Made by a program: the position numbers and the translations under genes. Shown in pieces: positions 18,921-27,688 of a stretch of 41,603 bases of DNA (the stretch's first letter is position 1; each line of letters begins with the position of its first letter). This stretch comes from Polyangiaceae bacterium (GTDB taxonomy: Bacteria > Myxococcota_A > Polyangia > Polyangiales > Polyangiaceae): NCBI GenBank assembly GCA_044222475.1, contig JBGANF010000064.1, forward strand, positions 1 to 41,603. Reading direction: 5' to 3'. The notes below the pieces were generated by a model, which was given only the letters and a program-made list of their open reading frames with translations, was not told where the DNA came from and searched no databases.

Positions 18921-19892
18921 TCACACCTGCTCCTTGCAAGGCCGGGCTGCGAGCGCGAGCTCGAAGGCGACGTAGACGACCACCGCGAGCACGGCGAAGG
19001 TAGGTCGCAGCAAGGTCGCTTCCGCGAGGTGCAGCGCGACGAAGCCACGCACACACGTCGCGATCGCGAGGTGGGCCTCCTGGTCGCGCGTGATGGTGCG
19101 AGCTCGGAGGTGGGCGGCGACCAGCATGCTCGCGCCGATCAGCCACGCGATCCCGCCGACGATCGACGACGGCGTCGATGCGGTGGCGGTCCGACTGACC
19201 ATCGCGAGCGAGGCGACGAGTGCGAGCGCGGCGCAGAGCGCGCTCACCGCGACGGTGATGGGGCGTCCGAAGCGAACTGGGAGGGTGCGATATCCGGTCG
19301 TGCGGTCCGCCTCGACGTCCTTGAGGTACCCGAGGAGAACGAACGTCGCGTACGAGAAGAAGACGCTCGCCATCGCGGCCCACACGATGGGGCTCCGCAG
19401 CGTCGTACCGATCGACTCGCGGCTGGAGAGCGCGCCCATTGCAGGAAGCAGCGCGACGATCCACGAGTTGTGCGCGGGTCCCGCCCAGAAGCGACGCTTC
19501 ATGGACGTGTAGGTCGCGAGACCGGCGACCGACAGCGCGGCGAGAGCCAGCGTCCAGGGGCTGAGCACGAAGAGCGCCGAGGCGCACAGCGCAAGCCCTG
19601 CTCCGCTCGCGACGAGGACGTCTCTCCGACGAAGCTCACCGCTCACGAGCGGGCGATACGGCGCCGAGAGCGCGTCGGTGTCGACCTGCGTCACGTCGGT
19701 CAGCGCCTGCCCGAACCCATAGGCCAACGTGAACGCCGCAAACCCGACGGCGACGCGCGACGTCGGCAGCGCGTCGACCATGGCGAGACCGACGAGGCCG
19801 CTCGCACCCGATACTGGCAACAGGTACGGCCGCATCGTGACCCAGTACGCACTGGCGAAGGTTCGACGAGCGCCGAGCGCAGACGTGATCAT
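18921..19892 (-). CDS. UbiA-family membrane prenyltransferase
   Basis: Multi-TM; TDVTQVDTDALSAPYRPLVSG (variant NDxxDxxxD..RP..G) and YLKDVEADRTTGYRTLP; ATGA overlap with the upstream gene. Confidence 0.85.
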   Translation of the reverse strand: MITSALGARRTFASAYWVTMRPYLLPVSGASGLVGLAMVDALPTSRVAVGFAAFTLAYGFGQALTDVTQVDTDALSAPYRPLVSGELRRRDVLVASGAGLALCASALFVLSPWTLALAALSVAGLATYTSMKRRFWAGPAHNSWIVALLPAMGALSSRESIGTTLRSPIVWAAMASVFFSYATFVLLGYLKDVEADRTTGYRTLPVRFGRPITVAVSALCAALALVASLAMVSRTATASTPSSIVGGIAWLIGASMLVAAHLRARTITRDQEAHLAIATCVRGFVALHLAEATLLRPTFAVLAVVVYVAFELALAARPCKEQV

Positions 19893-21265
19893 CGATGAGC
19901 CCGCGCTTCCCGCACGGTCGGCCGCTGGGGTGGGAGTTCGACGTGCGCATGAGGCATTCGGGTTCGGCGCCCGATCTCGCGAATCTCCTCCCGATCGCGA
20001 CCAAGAATTCCGTGGGCGGCTCCGATTCGTCCGAGCGTCTCGACGAGACCGTCGATCTCCGGGCTCGTGTGACGAGAGCTCACGCTCAGCCGCAAGATCG
20101 CATCCCCTTTTGGTACGGCCGGGAAGCTCACGGTTCCGACCTTGAAGCCTCGCTCGAACAGCTCGCGGCTCACCGTGTAGAGGAGCCGTTCGTGACCGAC
20201 GAAGACGGTGACGATCGGAGCCGCCGCCTCCGGCACGTGGAATCCGAGCTCACGGAGCCCCTGCCAGAGCCTTTTCGAGTTGCGCCAGAGCTGCTCGCGG
20301 TGCTCCGGCTCGTCGTCCATCACCCGGAGCGACTCGGTGATGCCGGCGCAGATCGCAGCGGGCAGCGCGGCAGTGAACATGCTCGCGCGAGCGAAGAATC
20401 GCAGGTAGTCGATGAGGTCTTTGGAGCCGGTGACGTAGCCGCCGACCGATCCCGGCGCCTTGCTGAACGTGCCCATCAGCACGTCGACGCTCCCCGGCAT
20501 GTTCCAGTGTTCCTCGATCCCGCGACCGGTCGCGCCCAGCACGCCGAGCCCGTGAGCGTCGTCGACCATCAGGCGCGCAGCGTGCTCGTTGCACAGCGCG
20601 CGAAGCTGCGGCAGCGGAGCAATCGCGGCGTGCATGCTGAAGACGCCGTCGGTCACGACGAGCTTCCCTTCGCACGCCGCGCCGTCGCGACGGAGGAGCC
20701 GCTCGAGGTCAGCCATGTCCTGGTGCGCGAACGCTCCGCCGAAGCTCGCGCGCGAGAAGCGACAGCCGTCGGCGATGCTAGCGTGCGCGAGCCGGTCGCG
20801 CGCGGCGAAGCTCTTCGGGCGGAGCAGCGCAGTGAGCGCTCCCACGTTCGCGGCGTACCCGGAGGGGAAGACGATCGTGGCTTCGCGGCCGAAGAACTCG
20901 CTCACCGTGTCCTCGAGCTCGCGGAGGTGACGACTCGTGCCGGACAAGAGCTGCGCGCTCGGCGTGCCGTAGCCGACTTCGTCCAGCGCGCGGTGCACCG
21001 CATCGACGACGCGCGGGTGACGCTGCATTCCGAGATACCCGTTCGAGTCGAAGCACACCTTCGTCTCGAGTCGACCGCTGAGCTCGCTCCGAACGGTCAC
21101 ACGATGATCGAGCGGCCCCTGCACCTCGAGCCGGTACTGCGACTGGTAGAGACCGCGCGCGCGCATGTCCGCGACGAGGTGCTGGAACTGGTGGCACTTG
21201 TCGAAGAGGTCGGGCGCGCCCGTGTCGTAGAAGTGGTCGAGCGTGTGGGTCTCGGCGTCGATCAT
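19889..21265 (-). CDS. PLP-dependent alpha-oxoamine synthase, serine-palmitoyltransferase-like
   Basis: DLFDKC N-terminus, SNGYLG, SGYAAN, HASIADG, DGVFSM, DDAHG, GTFSKA (PLP Lys); GGGAG RBS. Confidence 0.88.
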   Translation of the reverse strand: MIDAETHTLDHFYDTGAPDLFDKCHQFQHLVADMRARGLYQSQYRLEVQGPLDHRVTVRSELSGRLETKVCFDSNGYLGMQRHPRVVDAVHRALDEVGYGTPSAQLLSGTSRHLRELEDTVSEFFGREATIVFPSGYAANVGALTALLRPKSFAARDRLAHASIADGCRFSRASFGGAFAHQDMADLERLLRRDGAACEGKLVVTDGVFSMHAAIAPLPQLRALCNEHAARLMVDDAHGLGVLGATGRGIEEHWNMPGSVDVLMGTFSKAPGSVGGYVTGSKDLIDYLRFFARASMFTAALPAAICAGITESLRVMDDEPEHREQLWRNSKRLWQGLRELGFHVPEAAAPIVTVFVGHERLLYTVSRELFERGFKVGTVSFPAVPKGDAILRLSVSSRHTSPEIDGLVETLGRIGAAHGILGRDREEIREIGRRTRMPHAHVELPPQRPTVREARAHR

Positions 21266-21290
21266 CGTCGTTCTCCCGAGTTGGCTTCTC

Positions 21291-21306
21291 TGCAGCGGTC
21301 GTGCCA
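21291..21306 (-). promoter_or_regulatory. sigma54 -24/-12 promoter of the SPT-like operon
   Basis: Minus strand reads TGGCACGACCGCTGCA (GG-N10-GC). Confidence 0.8.
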
Positions 21307-21347
21307 CGCGACGAATGGGGCACGTGTCGACCGAGCGCGCTCGGTCG

Positions 21348-21385
21348 GTGCATGGCCGTGCGCATGAGCGTGCAATCCGGTGCAC
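21348..21385. promoter_or_regulatory. Tandem enhancer (UAS) sites for an NtrC-type activator
   Basis: GTGCA-TGGCCG-TGCGC (21348-21363) and GTGCA-ATCCGG-TGCAC (21370-21385), 22 bp apart, centred between two divergent sigma54 promoters. Confidence 0.7.
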
Positions 21386-21427
21386 ACGACGAGTCGGCGT
21401 TCATGCGGTCGAAGCGGAGAGAACGCT

Positions 21428-21443
21428 CGGCACGGACGTTGCT
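21428..21443 (+). promoter_or_regulatory. sigma54 -24/-12 promoter of the 21456 gene
   Basis: CGGCACGGACGTTGCT (GG-N10-GC, TTGC intact). Confidence 0.8.
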
Positions 21444-21455
21444 GATGGGCAGTCC

Positions 21456-23000
21456 ATGATGAAGAGAGCAATCGCCACCTGCACCGCGCTGGTCTTCGCC
21501 ACTGCGTCGTGTGGAGAAACCGTGAACGTCGCAGCCTCCTCGCTCCGGGAGAAGAACGTCGACCGTCTCAACCTCATCCTGACCGACCAAACCGTACTCA
21601 CGATGTACGACGCGCACCTCGGCTCCGACGACGTCGTCCGCGGCGTCGTGAGTCGCTGCGTCGGCGACGGATGCACCTCTGCGCGGAGCAGCGGCGTCCC
21701 ACTCGCCGTCGTCCACAAGATGACGAAGTACGTCTCGGACGCCGGCGCCACCGCGGCGTTGGTCGTCGGCACGACGCTCGTCGTGGGAGGTGTCATCGCG
21801 CTTGGGGTTGGCCTGACGGCGAGCGCGAGCACTCGCTCAGGGGGCGTCTCGACCGGCGGCGGCAGCATGTCGTGTCCGCGCATGTACTCCTGGAACGGTG
21901 CCGACTGGCAGCTCGACTCCGGCACGTTCGGTGGATCGATGTTCTCGGCGTCGCAGCTCACCGATCACGATCTGCTCGAGCATCTCACGCCCGACGGCGC
22001 GACTCTGCGCATGCGACTGCAGAACGAGCTGCCCGAGACCGAGCACACGGACGCCATCGCGCTCCGAGTCGTGGACCATCCCGCGGGGACGCACGTCGTC
22101 CCGACATCCTCCGGCAAGCTCCTCGGGTTCCGCGATCCCGCAGCGCCGCTCGTCGCGACGGACCTCCGCGGAAGGGACGCGCGAGATCTCGTCGCCACTC
22201 GCGACGCGAAGGAGTGGACGAGCGATCCCTTCGATCGAGACCCGCAGCGTCGCGAAGACGCGCGCGACGGCCTGCTCCTCACGTTCGCGAAGCCCATCCA
22301 CGCGAAGCGGGCGAAGCTATGGGTGACCGCTCGGAACACGCCGTGGGCCGGGGACATGCTGCAGTACCTCCTCTCGCTCGTCGGGCCTGCCCTCCCGGGC
22401 TGGTTCGCGTCGATGGATCGAGACGCGGCGTCGCGAACCGCGTTCACGACGTTCCTCGACCGAGAGGGTTCCCTCTTCGTCCACGTGCGCACCTCCGAGA
22501 AGTGGGACCAGCGCGGAGTCGTCGGCCTCGTGGGCCCCGAGATCCTCAAGGACGTCGCGCTGGAGATTCCGGTCGAAGACCTCGCCGGCGATCGCCTCGA
22601 GGTTCGTCTCGATGCGCCGGTGGCGTTCTGGAGCATCGACTCCGTCTCGGTGTCGTTCGACGACGACGAGCCGGTCACGGTGAAGGAGCTTCATCCGCGC
22701 TCCGCGATCGCCGACGACGGCAAGGACGTGACCGCCGAGCTGCTCGCGATCGATCACCGGTACTACTCCACCGTGACGGGGAATCGCGCCGAGCTGACGT
22801 TCGACGCGCCTCCCCCGCCGGCGGCCGGACAAGCCCGCTCCTACGTTCTCGTGAGCACGGGCTACTACGTCCCCGACGCACCGCCCGACTCTCACGCCGA
22901 CGTCGCCGAGCTCGCACGGTTGACCTCCGACCCCGACGTCGCATCGCAGCAGGCACTCGCGTTCCTCAACGTCGGACTCGCGCGCCGGCTGCTGCGATGA
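21456..23000 (+). CDS. Hypothetical lipoprotein/membrane protein (514 aa)
   Basis: Lipobox-like FATASC, internal hydrophobic helix, SCPRMYSWNG motif, C-terminal GYY. Confidence 0.7.
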   Translation: MMKRAIATCTALVFATASCGETVNVAASSLREKNVDRLNLILTDQTVLTMYDAHLGSDDVVRGVVSRCVGDGCTSARSSGVPLAVVHKMTKYVSDAGATAALVVGTTLVVGGVIALGVGLTASASTRSGGVSTGGGSMSCPRMYSWNGADWQLDSGTFGGSMFSASQLTDHDLLEHLTPDGATLRMRLQNELPETEHTDAIALRVVDHPAGTHVVPTSSGKLLGFRDPAAPLVATDLRGRDARDLVATRDAKEWTSDPFDRDPQRREDARDGLLLTFAKPIHAKRAKLWVTARNTPWAGDMLQYLLSLVGPALPGWFASMDRDAASRTAFTTFLDREGSLFVHVRTSEKWDQRGVVGLVGPEILKDVALEIPVEDLAGDRLEVRLDAPVAFWSIDSVSVSFDDDEPVTVKELHPRSAIADDGKDVTAELLAIDHRYYSTVTGNRAELTFDAPPPPAAGQARSYVLVSTGYYVPDAPPDSHADVAELARLTSDPDVASQQALAFLNVGLARRLLR

Positions 23001-23040
23001 CGGTGACTCTTCGGCGACGTATGCTCGACCCGACTTCGAG

Positions 23041-24540
23041 ATGATCGCGAGCGACTGGATGTACCTCCTAGCAGCAGCCGGGCACCTGACGCTCGCGGTG
23101 CTCAGCCTCGTGCGCGGCACGCGGAGCCCCATCGCCAGGCCGCTCGCGATCCTCTGCTTCGACATGTTCGGCTGGTGCTTCGCGTCTCTCGCCTCGCACC
23201 TCACGGACGCGCCCGTGTGGGCGGTGCTCGACGCGGCGTTCACCGCGCTGTGCCCGGCGCTCGCGCTCCACCTCGTCGTGGTGTTCGTCGGGGCGACGCG
23301 GGTCCACCTTCGCCTCGTCGTCGCTGCATACGTCGTGTTCGGCGCGCTCGCTGCGTCGTCTTCGGCCGGTTGCACCGCCGCATGGGGTCGACGATGGGTC
23401 GACTCCACCGCGTGGGCCGCCATCTTCCTCGCCGCCTGGCTCCCCACGCTGGTCGTCGTCTTGGTCTTGCTCGTGCGCCACCTCGTACGCTCCTCCGACG
23501 CCGACGAGAAGGCGCGCACCCGCACCATGCTCGCCGCCCTCGCGGTGGGCGGCGCGCTCGCCACCGTCGACGTCGTGAGCGCGACCGGGTTTCTCCTCCC
23601 TCGACTCGCCTCGATCGGAACCCTCGTGAGCACCCTCCTGGTCGCGACGGCCGCGTTTCGCTTTCGCCTCTTCGATCGCGATCTCTCGGTGAGCACCGCG
23701 GTCTACGCCGGCGCACTCGCGATCGCCGGTGTCGTTTGTTACCTCGCGGTCTTCGTCATCCTGGGAGGCAACGTCGCGGCGCTCGCGTTCGGAACGCTCA
23801 CCGTCACGCTCGTCCTCGGTGCAGCGGTCCGCGAGGTCGCGGCCTCGCGAGCGACGCAACGAGAGCGTCTCGACCGACTCGCCGTGCTCGGCCGTTTTTC
23901 GGCCCAGATGGCGCACGACATCAAGAACCCGCTCGCCACCCTCAAGGGCGCGCTTCAGTTTCTCGAAGAGGAGCGCGAGCGCGGAAACCCCCTCGACGAG
24001 AAGGGCGAGTTCCTGGGCCTGATGCGTGAACAAGTCGAGCGCTTGCACCGCGTCGTCGCCGACTACGAACGCATCGGACGGGTCGAGCCGATTCGCCGGC
24101 CCGTCGACGTCAACCAGGTCGTGCGCAGCGTCGTCGCGCTCGAGCCCTACGCGACGACGGAGGGAGTGTCGATTCGCTCGGAGCTCGCCGCCGACTTGCC
24201 CGCGTGCGAGCTCGACAGCGACCTCGTCGCCGGTGCGCTCGAGAACGTGATCCGGAACGCGCTCGAAGCGATGCCGACCGGAGGGTCACTCGTCGTCCGA
24301 ACCGGGCGCGACCCGGACGACGTCGGCGGTGTCGTCATCTCCGTCGAGGACGCGGGCGAAGGCATGGACGCGCGCCACGCCGAACGCGCGTTCGACGAGT
24401 TCTACACGACGAAGGCCCAGGGCAGCGGGCTGGGGCTCGCCTTCGTGCGACGGGTGGCGCAGGCGCACGGCGGCGACGTGTCGTTGAGCAGCAAGGTCGG
24501 GGTCGGTACCATCGTTCGCGTTCGACTATCGGCGAGTTGA
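23041..24540 (+). CDS. Multi-TM sensor histidine kinase (HK1)
   Basis: Many TM helices; AHDIKNPL (H box), ENVIRNA, EDAGEGM, FYTTK, GSGLGL. Confidence 0.93.
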   Translation: MIASDWMYLLAAAGHLTLAVLSLVRGTRSPIARPLAILCFDMFGWCFASLASHLTDAPVWAVLDAAFTALCPALALHLVVVFVGATRVHLRLVVAAYVVFGALAASSSAGCTAAWGRRWVDSTAWAAIFLAAWLPTLVVVLVLLVRHLVRSSDADEKARTRTMLAALAVGGALATVDVVSATGFLLPRLASIGTLVSTLLVATAAFRFRLFDRDLSVSTAVYAGALAIAGVVCYLAVFVILGGNVAALAFGTLTVTLVLGAAVREVAASRATQRERLDRLAVLGRFSAQMAHDIKNPLATLKGALQFLEEERERGNPLDEKGEFLGLMREQVERLHRVVADYERIGRVEPIRRPVDVNQVVRSVVALEPYATTEGVSIRSELAADLPACELDSDLVAGALENVIRNALEAMPTGGSLVVRTGRDPDDVGGVVISVEDAGEGMDARHAERAFDEFYTTKAQGSGLGLAFVRRVAQAHGGDVSLSSKVGVGTIVRVRLSAS

Positions 24541-24551
24541 GGAGGGGTTCG

Positions 24552-25898
24552 ATGGAACGAAGGCCGAGCGTGCTCACGGTGGACGACGACGCATCGATGG
24601 GCAAGGTGCTCGGTGCCTTGCTCACGCAGGCCGGGTTCGAGCCGCGTCACGTGCAGTCCGGCGGCGAGGCCATCGCTGCGATCGAGGCTCAGCCGTTCGA
24701 TCTCGTGCTCACCGATCTCCGCATGCCGGGCATGGACGGGATGAAGCTCCTCACCCAGATCGGGCAGCGCTGGCCAGAGGTTCCGGTCCTCATGCTCACC
24801 GCCCACGGCACGGTGCCGATCGCGGTCGATGCGATGAAGGCCGGCGCCGCGGACTTCCTCCTGAAGCCGTTCGATCGCGAAGAGCTCATGTACGTCATCC
24901 GCAAGGCCCTCGCGCGCTCCGCGCGGGACGCGAACGCGGTACCGGCTGCTCCACCGGCGAAGGAGCTCCTAGGCGACTCGCCCGCGATCGCCGAGGTTCA
25001 CGCGCTCGTGGAGCGCGCTGCACCCGGGATGGCGACGGTCCTCGTGCTCGGGGAGAGCGGCACGGGAAAGGAGCTCGTCGCGCGCGCGATTCACCGCGGC
25101 AGCCCGCGTCACGCGAAGCCTTTCGTGAAGCTCAACTGCGCGGCGCTGCCCGACGCGCTGCTCGAGAGCGAGCTGTTCGGCTACGAGAAGGGCGCTTTCA
25201 CCGGCGCTGCGATGCGGAAGCCCGGACGCATCGAGCTCGCCGATGGCGGAACGCTGTTCCTCGACGAGATCGGTGACATCACCCCGCACATGCAGGTGAA
25301 GCTTCTGCGCGTTCTCCAGGAACGGGAGCTCGAACGGCTCGGCGGAACGGTGACCGTGAAGGTCGACGTCCGCTTCGTCGCTGCGACTCACCGCGATCTC
25401 CCGGACATGGTCGCCAAGGGGCTCTTTCGCGACGATCTCTACTATCGATTGAACGTCGTCCCCATTCGTCTGCCACCGCTCCGCGACCGTCCGGGCGACA
25501 TCGCACAGCTCGCGATTCAGTTCACCAAGCAGCACGCGAAGAGCAATGGCCGACGCATCGAGCTCAGCGCCGGCGCGATCGCTCGGCTCGAGAGCGCCCC
25601 CTGGCCGGGCAACGTGCGGCAGCTCCAAAACATCATCGAGCGGTTGGTCGTCCTGTCGGACGGTCCCACGATCGAAGCGCGCGACGTCGATCGTCAACTC
25701 GACGACGCCCCCGCTTCCGCGCGGACGAAGGCCCCCGAGAAGAACGCGAGCCTGGAGGCAGCCGTCCGTGAGACGGAGCGCGAAGCCATTCGCAACGCGC
25801 TCGATCGCGCGAACGGCAACCGCACCGTCGCTGCGCGCATCCTGGGGGTGAGCCGGCGCGCTCTCTACTACAAGCTCGAAGAGCACGGGATCGCCTGA
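24552..25898 (+). CDS. sigma54-dependent NtrC-family response regulator (RR1)
   Basis: Receiver VDDD/TDLRMP, GESGTGKE, GAFTGA, FLDEIG, WPGNVRQL, Fis-type HTH; GGAGG RBS. Confidence 0.95.
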   Translation: MERRPSVLTVDDDASMGKVLGALLTQAGFEPRHVQSGGEAIAAIEAQPFDLVLTDLRMPGMDGMKLLTQIGQRWPEVPVLMLTAHGTVPIAVDAMKAGAADFLLKPFDREELMYVIRKALARSARDANAVPAAPPAKELLGDSPAIAEVHALVERAAPGMATVLVLGESGTGKELVARAIHRGSPRHAKPFVKLNCAALPDALLESELFGYEKGAFTGAAMRKPGRIELADGGTLFLDEIGDITPHMQVKLLRVLQERELERLGGTVTVKVDVRFVAATHRDLPDMVAKGLFRDDLYYRLNVVPIRLPPLRDRPGDIAQLAIQFTKQHAKSNGRRIELSAGAIARLESAPWPGNVRQLQNIIERLVVLSDGPTIEARDVDRQLDDAPASARTKAPEKNASLEAAVRETEREAIRNALDRANGNRTVAARILGVSRRALYYKLEEHGIA

Positions 25899-25909
25899 GC
25901 ACCGGTTCG

Positions 25910-27688
25910 ATGCCGCGCGCGAACGTGTACAGCGCGGTCTTCGCGGCACTGGCGATCTCGCTGGTCGCGGCCAGTGCCTCGGCCGATCCGGTGTCTCTGA
26001 CCGGCGCCTATTCGCGCTACGAGGCCCAGGCGATCCACGACGCCGAAACCGACCTCCACACCACCCTCGACGTCGCGCCCGAGGGCAAGACGATCGAGCG
26101 CATCGAATTCGTCCGTCTCGATCCGACCGACCGTCACGACCCGTTTCCCTCGGCGATCAACGCGCTGCACACCACGACTCGCGAGCGGCTCCTGCGGCGG
26201 GAGATCCTCGTTCACCCGAACGAGCCGTACCAGCGGCTCCTCGTCGACGAGTCTGCTCGAAACCTGCGACTCTTGCCTCAGCTCTCGCTCGTGCTCTGCG
26301 TGCCGATGCGCGGGTCGTCTCCCGATCGCGTGCGCCTCGTGGTGATCACGAAGGACGTGTGGAGCCTTTACGTCGACTTCGACGTACAAGCCACGTCGGG
26401 CGGGCTGGAGCTTCTGGAGCTGGAGCCCAAGGAGATCAACGTCGCCGGGTTGAGGCACACCGCGCTCGCCCGCTTCGTCTACAAGCCGCGGTCGTACTCG
26501 CTCGGTGCGTCGTACCGAGTGCCGCGGCTCGACGGTCGGTGGCTCGAGCTCGTCGCCGACCTGAACGTCATCGTGAATCGTGACAGCGGCGCGCCCGAGG
26601 GAAGCTACGGCGGGCTGACGATCACGCGACCGCTCTACTCCGCTCACGCAGCGTGGTCGTGGTCCGCGGGAGTCACGTGGACGGATCAGATCGCACGCCG
26701 CTACGTGAACGCGGACGTCACGACGTTCACGCCGACCTCCGGCCTCGAGCCGGTGCCGTGGCTGTGGCGAGAGCGCACCCTGGTGGAGCAGATCCGCGTC
26801 ACGCGCTCGTTCGGCTGGGACGTGAAGAACGACTTCACGCTGGGCGGCTCGTTTGCCCGTTCGCGCTACGACGTTCCCAACGACGGGTTGCTCGATCCAG
26901 CGGCGGTCGCCCAGTTCACCCGAGCCGCGGTACCGATCGGGGAAGATCGAGTGAGCCCCTTCGTGCAGTGGCACGGCTACACGAGCAACTTCCTGCGCAT
27001 CCTCGACTTCGACACGCTCGGGTTGCAGGAGGACGTTCGCCTGGGGCACGACGTTTGGCTCCGCGCGTATCCCGTCCTCCGCGCGATCGGATCGACGCGG
27101 AACCTCGTCGGCGTCTACGCGGCAGCAGCCTACGCCGTCCCGTTGGGCGACGGCGTGGCGCGAGCATCCGTCGAGTCGACCGTCGAGGTCACACCGGACG
27201 CCATCGCGGATGCGTCGATTCGCGGCGGGCTCGGCATCGTGACGCCGCGCTTCGTGATTGGGCGACTGGTCTTCGCAGCGACCGCGTTGAACCGATGGCG
27301 AAACTACCTGAACGCCCAGTCGTTCTTGGGAGGCGAGTCGCTGTTGCGCGGGTATCCGAGCCGCTACTTCGTGGGGAAGGACATGTTCGCGGTCAACCTC
27401 GAGTTTCGATCCCGACCGCTGTCGATCGCGTCGATGCAGTTCGGCGCGACGGCTTTCTACGACGTCGGCGATGCGTTCGATGGCTTCGATCATCTGCACC
27501 CGAAGCACTCTCTCGGCGTCGGGTTGCGTGCCGTGTTTCCCCAGATCGATCGCGCGGTACTCCGGTTCGACGTCGGTTTTCCCATCAGCGCAGGACCTCT
27601 GCCGAGCGACGTGGCGCCGGTCTCCTTCTTCGTCTCGTTCAATCAGGCGGTCTCGCTTCCGGCGGTCGGCGCCGGACGAGGACCGTGA
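25910..27688 (+). CDS. Omp85/BamA-TamA family outer-membrane protein with N-terminal POTRA-like domain
   Basis: Signal peptide; TRERLLRREIL..DESARNLR POTRA-like segment; LGGESLLRGY; FYDVGDAF; LRFDVGFP. Confidence 0.8.
   Translation: MPRANVYSAVFAALAISLVAASASADPVSLTGAYSRYEAQAIHDAETDLHTTLDVAPEGKTIERIEFVRLDPTDRHDPFPSAINALHTTTRERLLRREILVHPNEPYQRLLVDESARNLRLLPQLSLVLCVPMRGSSPDRVRLVVITKDVWSLYVDFDVQATSGGLELLELEPKEINVAGLRHTALARFVYKPRSYSLGASYRVPRLDGRWLELVADLNVIVNRDSGAPEGSYGGLTITRPLYSAHAAWSWSAGVTWTDQIARRYVNADVTTFTPTSGLEPVPWLWRERTLVEQIRVTRSFGWDVKNDFTLGGSFARSRYDVPNDGLLDPAAVAQFTRAAVPIGEDRVSPFVQWHGYTSNFLRILDFDTLGLQEDVRLGHDVWLRAYPVLRAIGSTRNLVGVYAAAAYAVPLGDGVARASVESTVEVTPDAIADASIRGGLGIVTPRFVIGRLVFAATALNRWRNYLNAQSFLGGESLLRGYPSRYFVGKDMFAVNLEFRSRPLSIASMQFGATAFYDVGDAFDGFDHLHPKHSLGVGLRAVFPQIDRAVLRFDVGFPISAGPLPSDVAPVSFFVSFNQAVSLPAVGAGRGP

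Noticed and set aside
19889..21265. Calling the AOS gene bioF and the 16983 gene thiL
   Set aside because: No biotin or thiamine context, the motifs diverge and the neighbours are lipid enzymes; symbols withheld
25878..25909. sigma54 promoter before the first Omp85 gene (AGCACGGGATCGCC)
   Set aside because: Lacks GG-N10-GC spacing; the 11-nt gap suggests co-transcription with RR1
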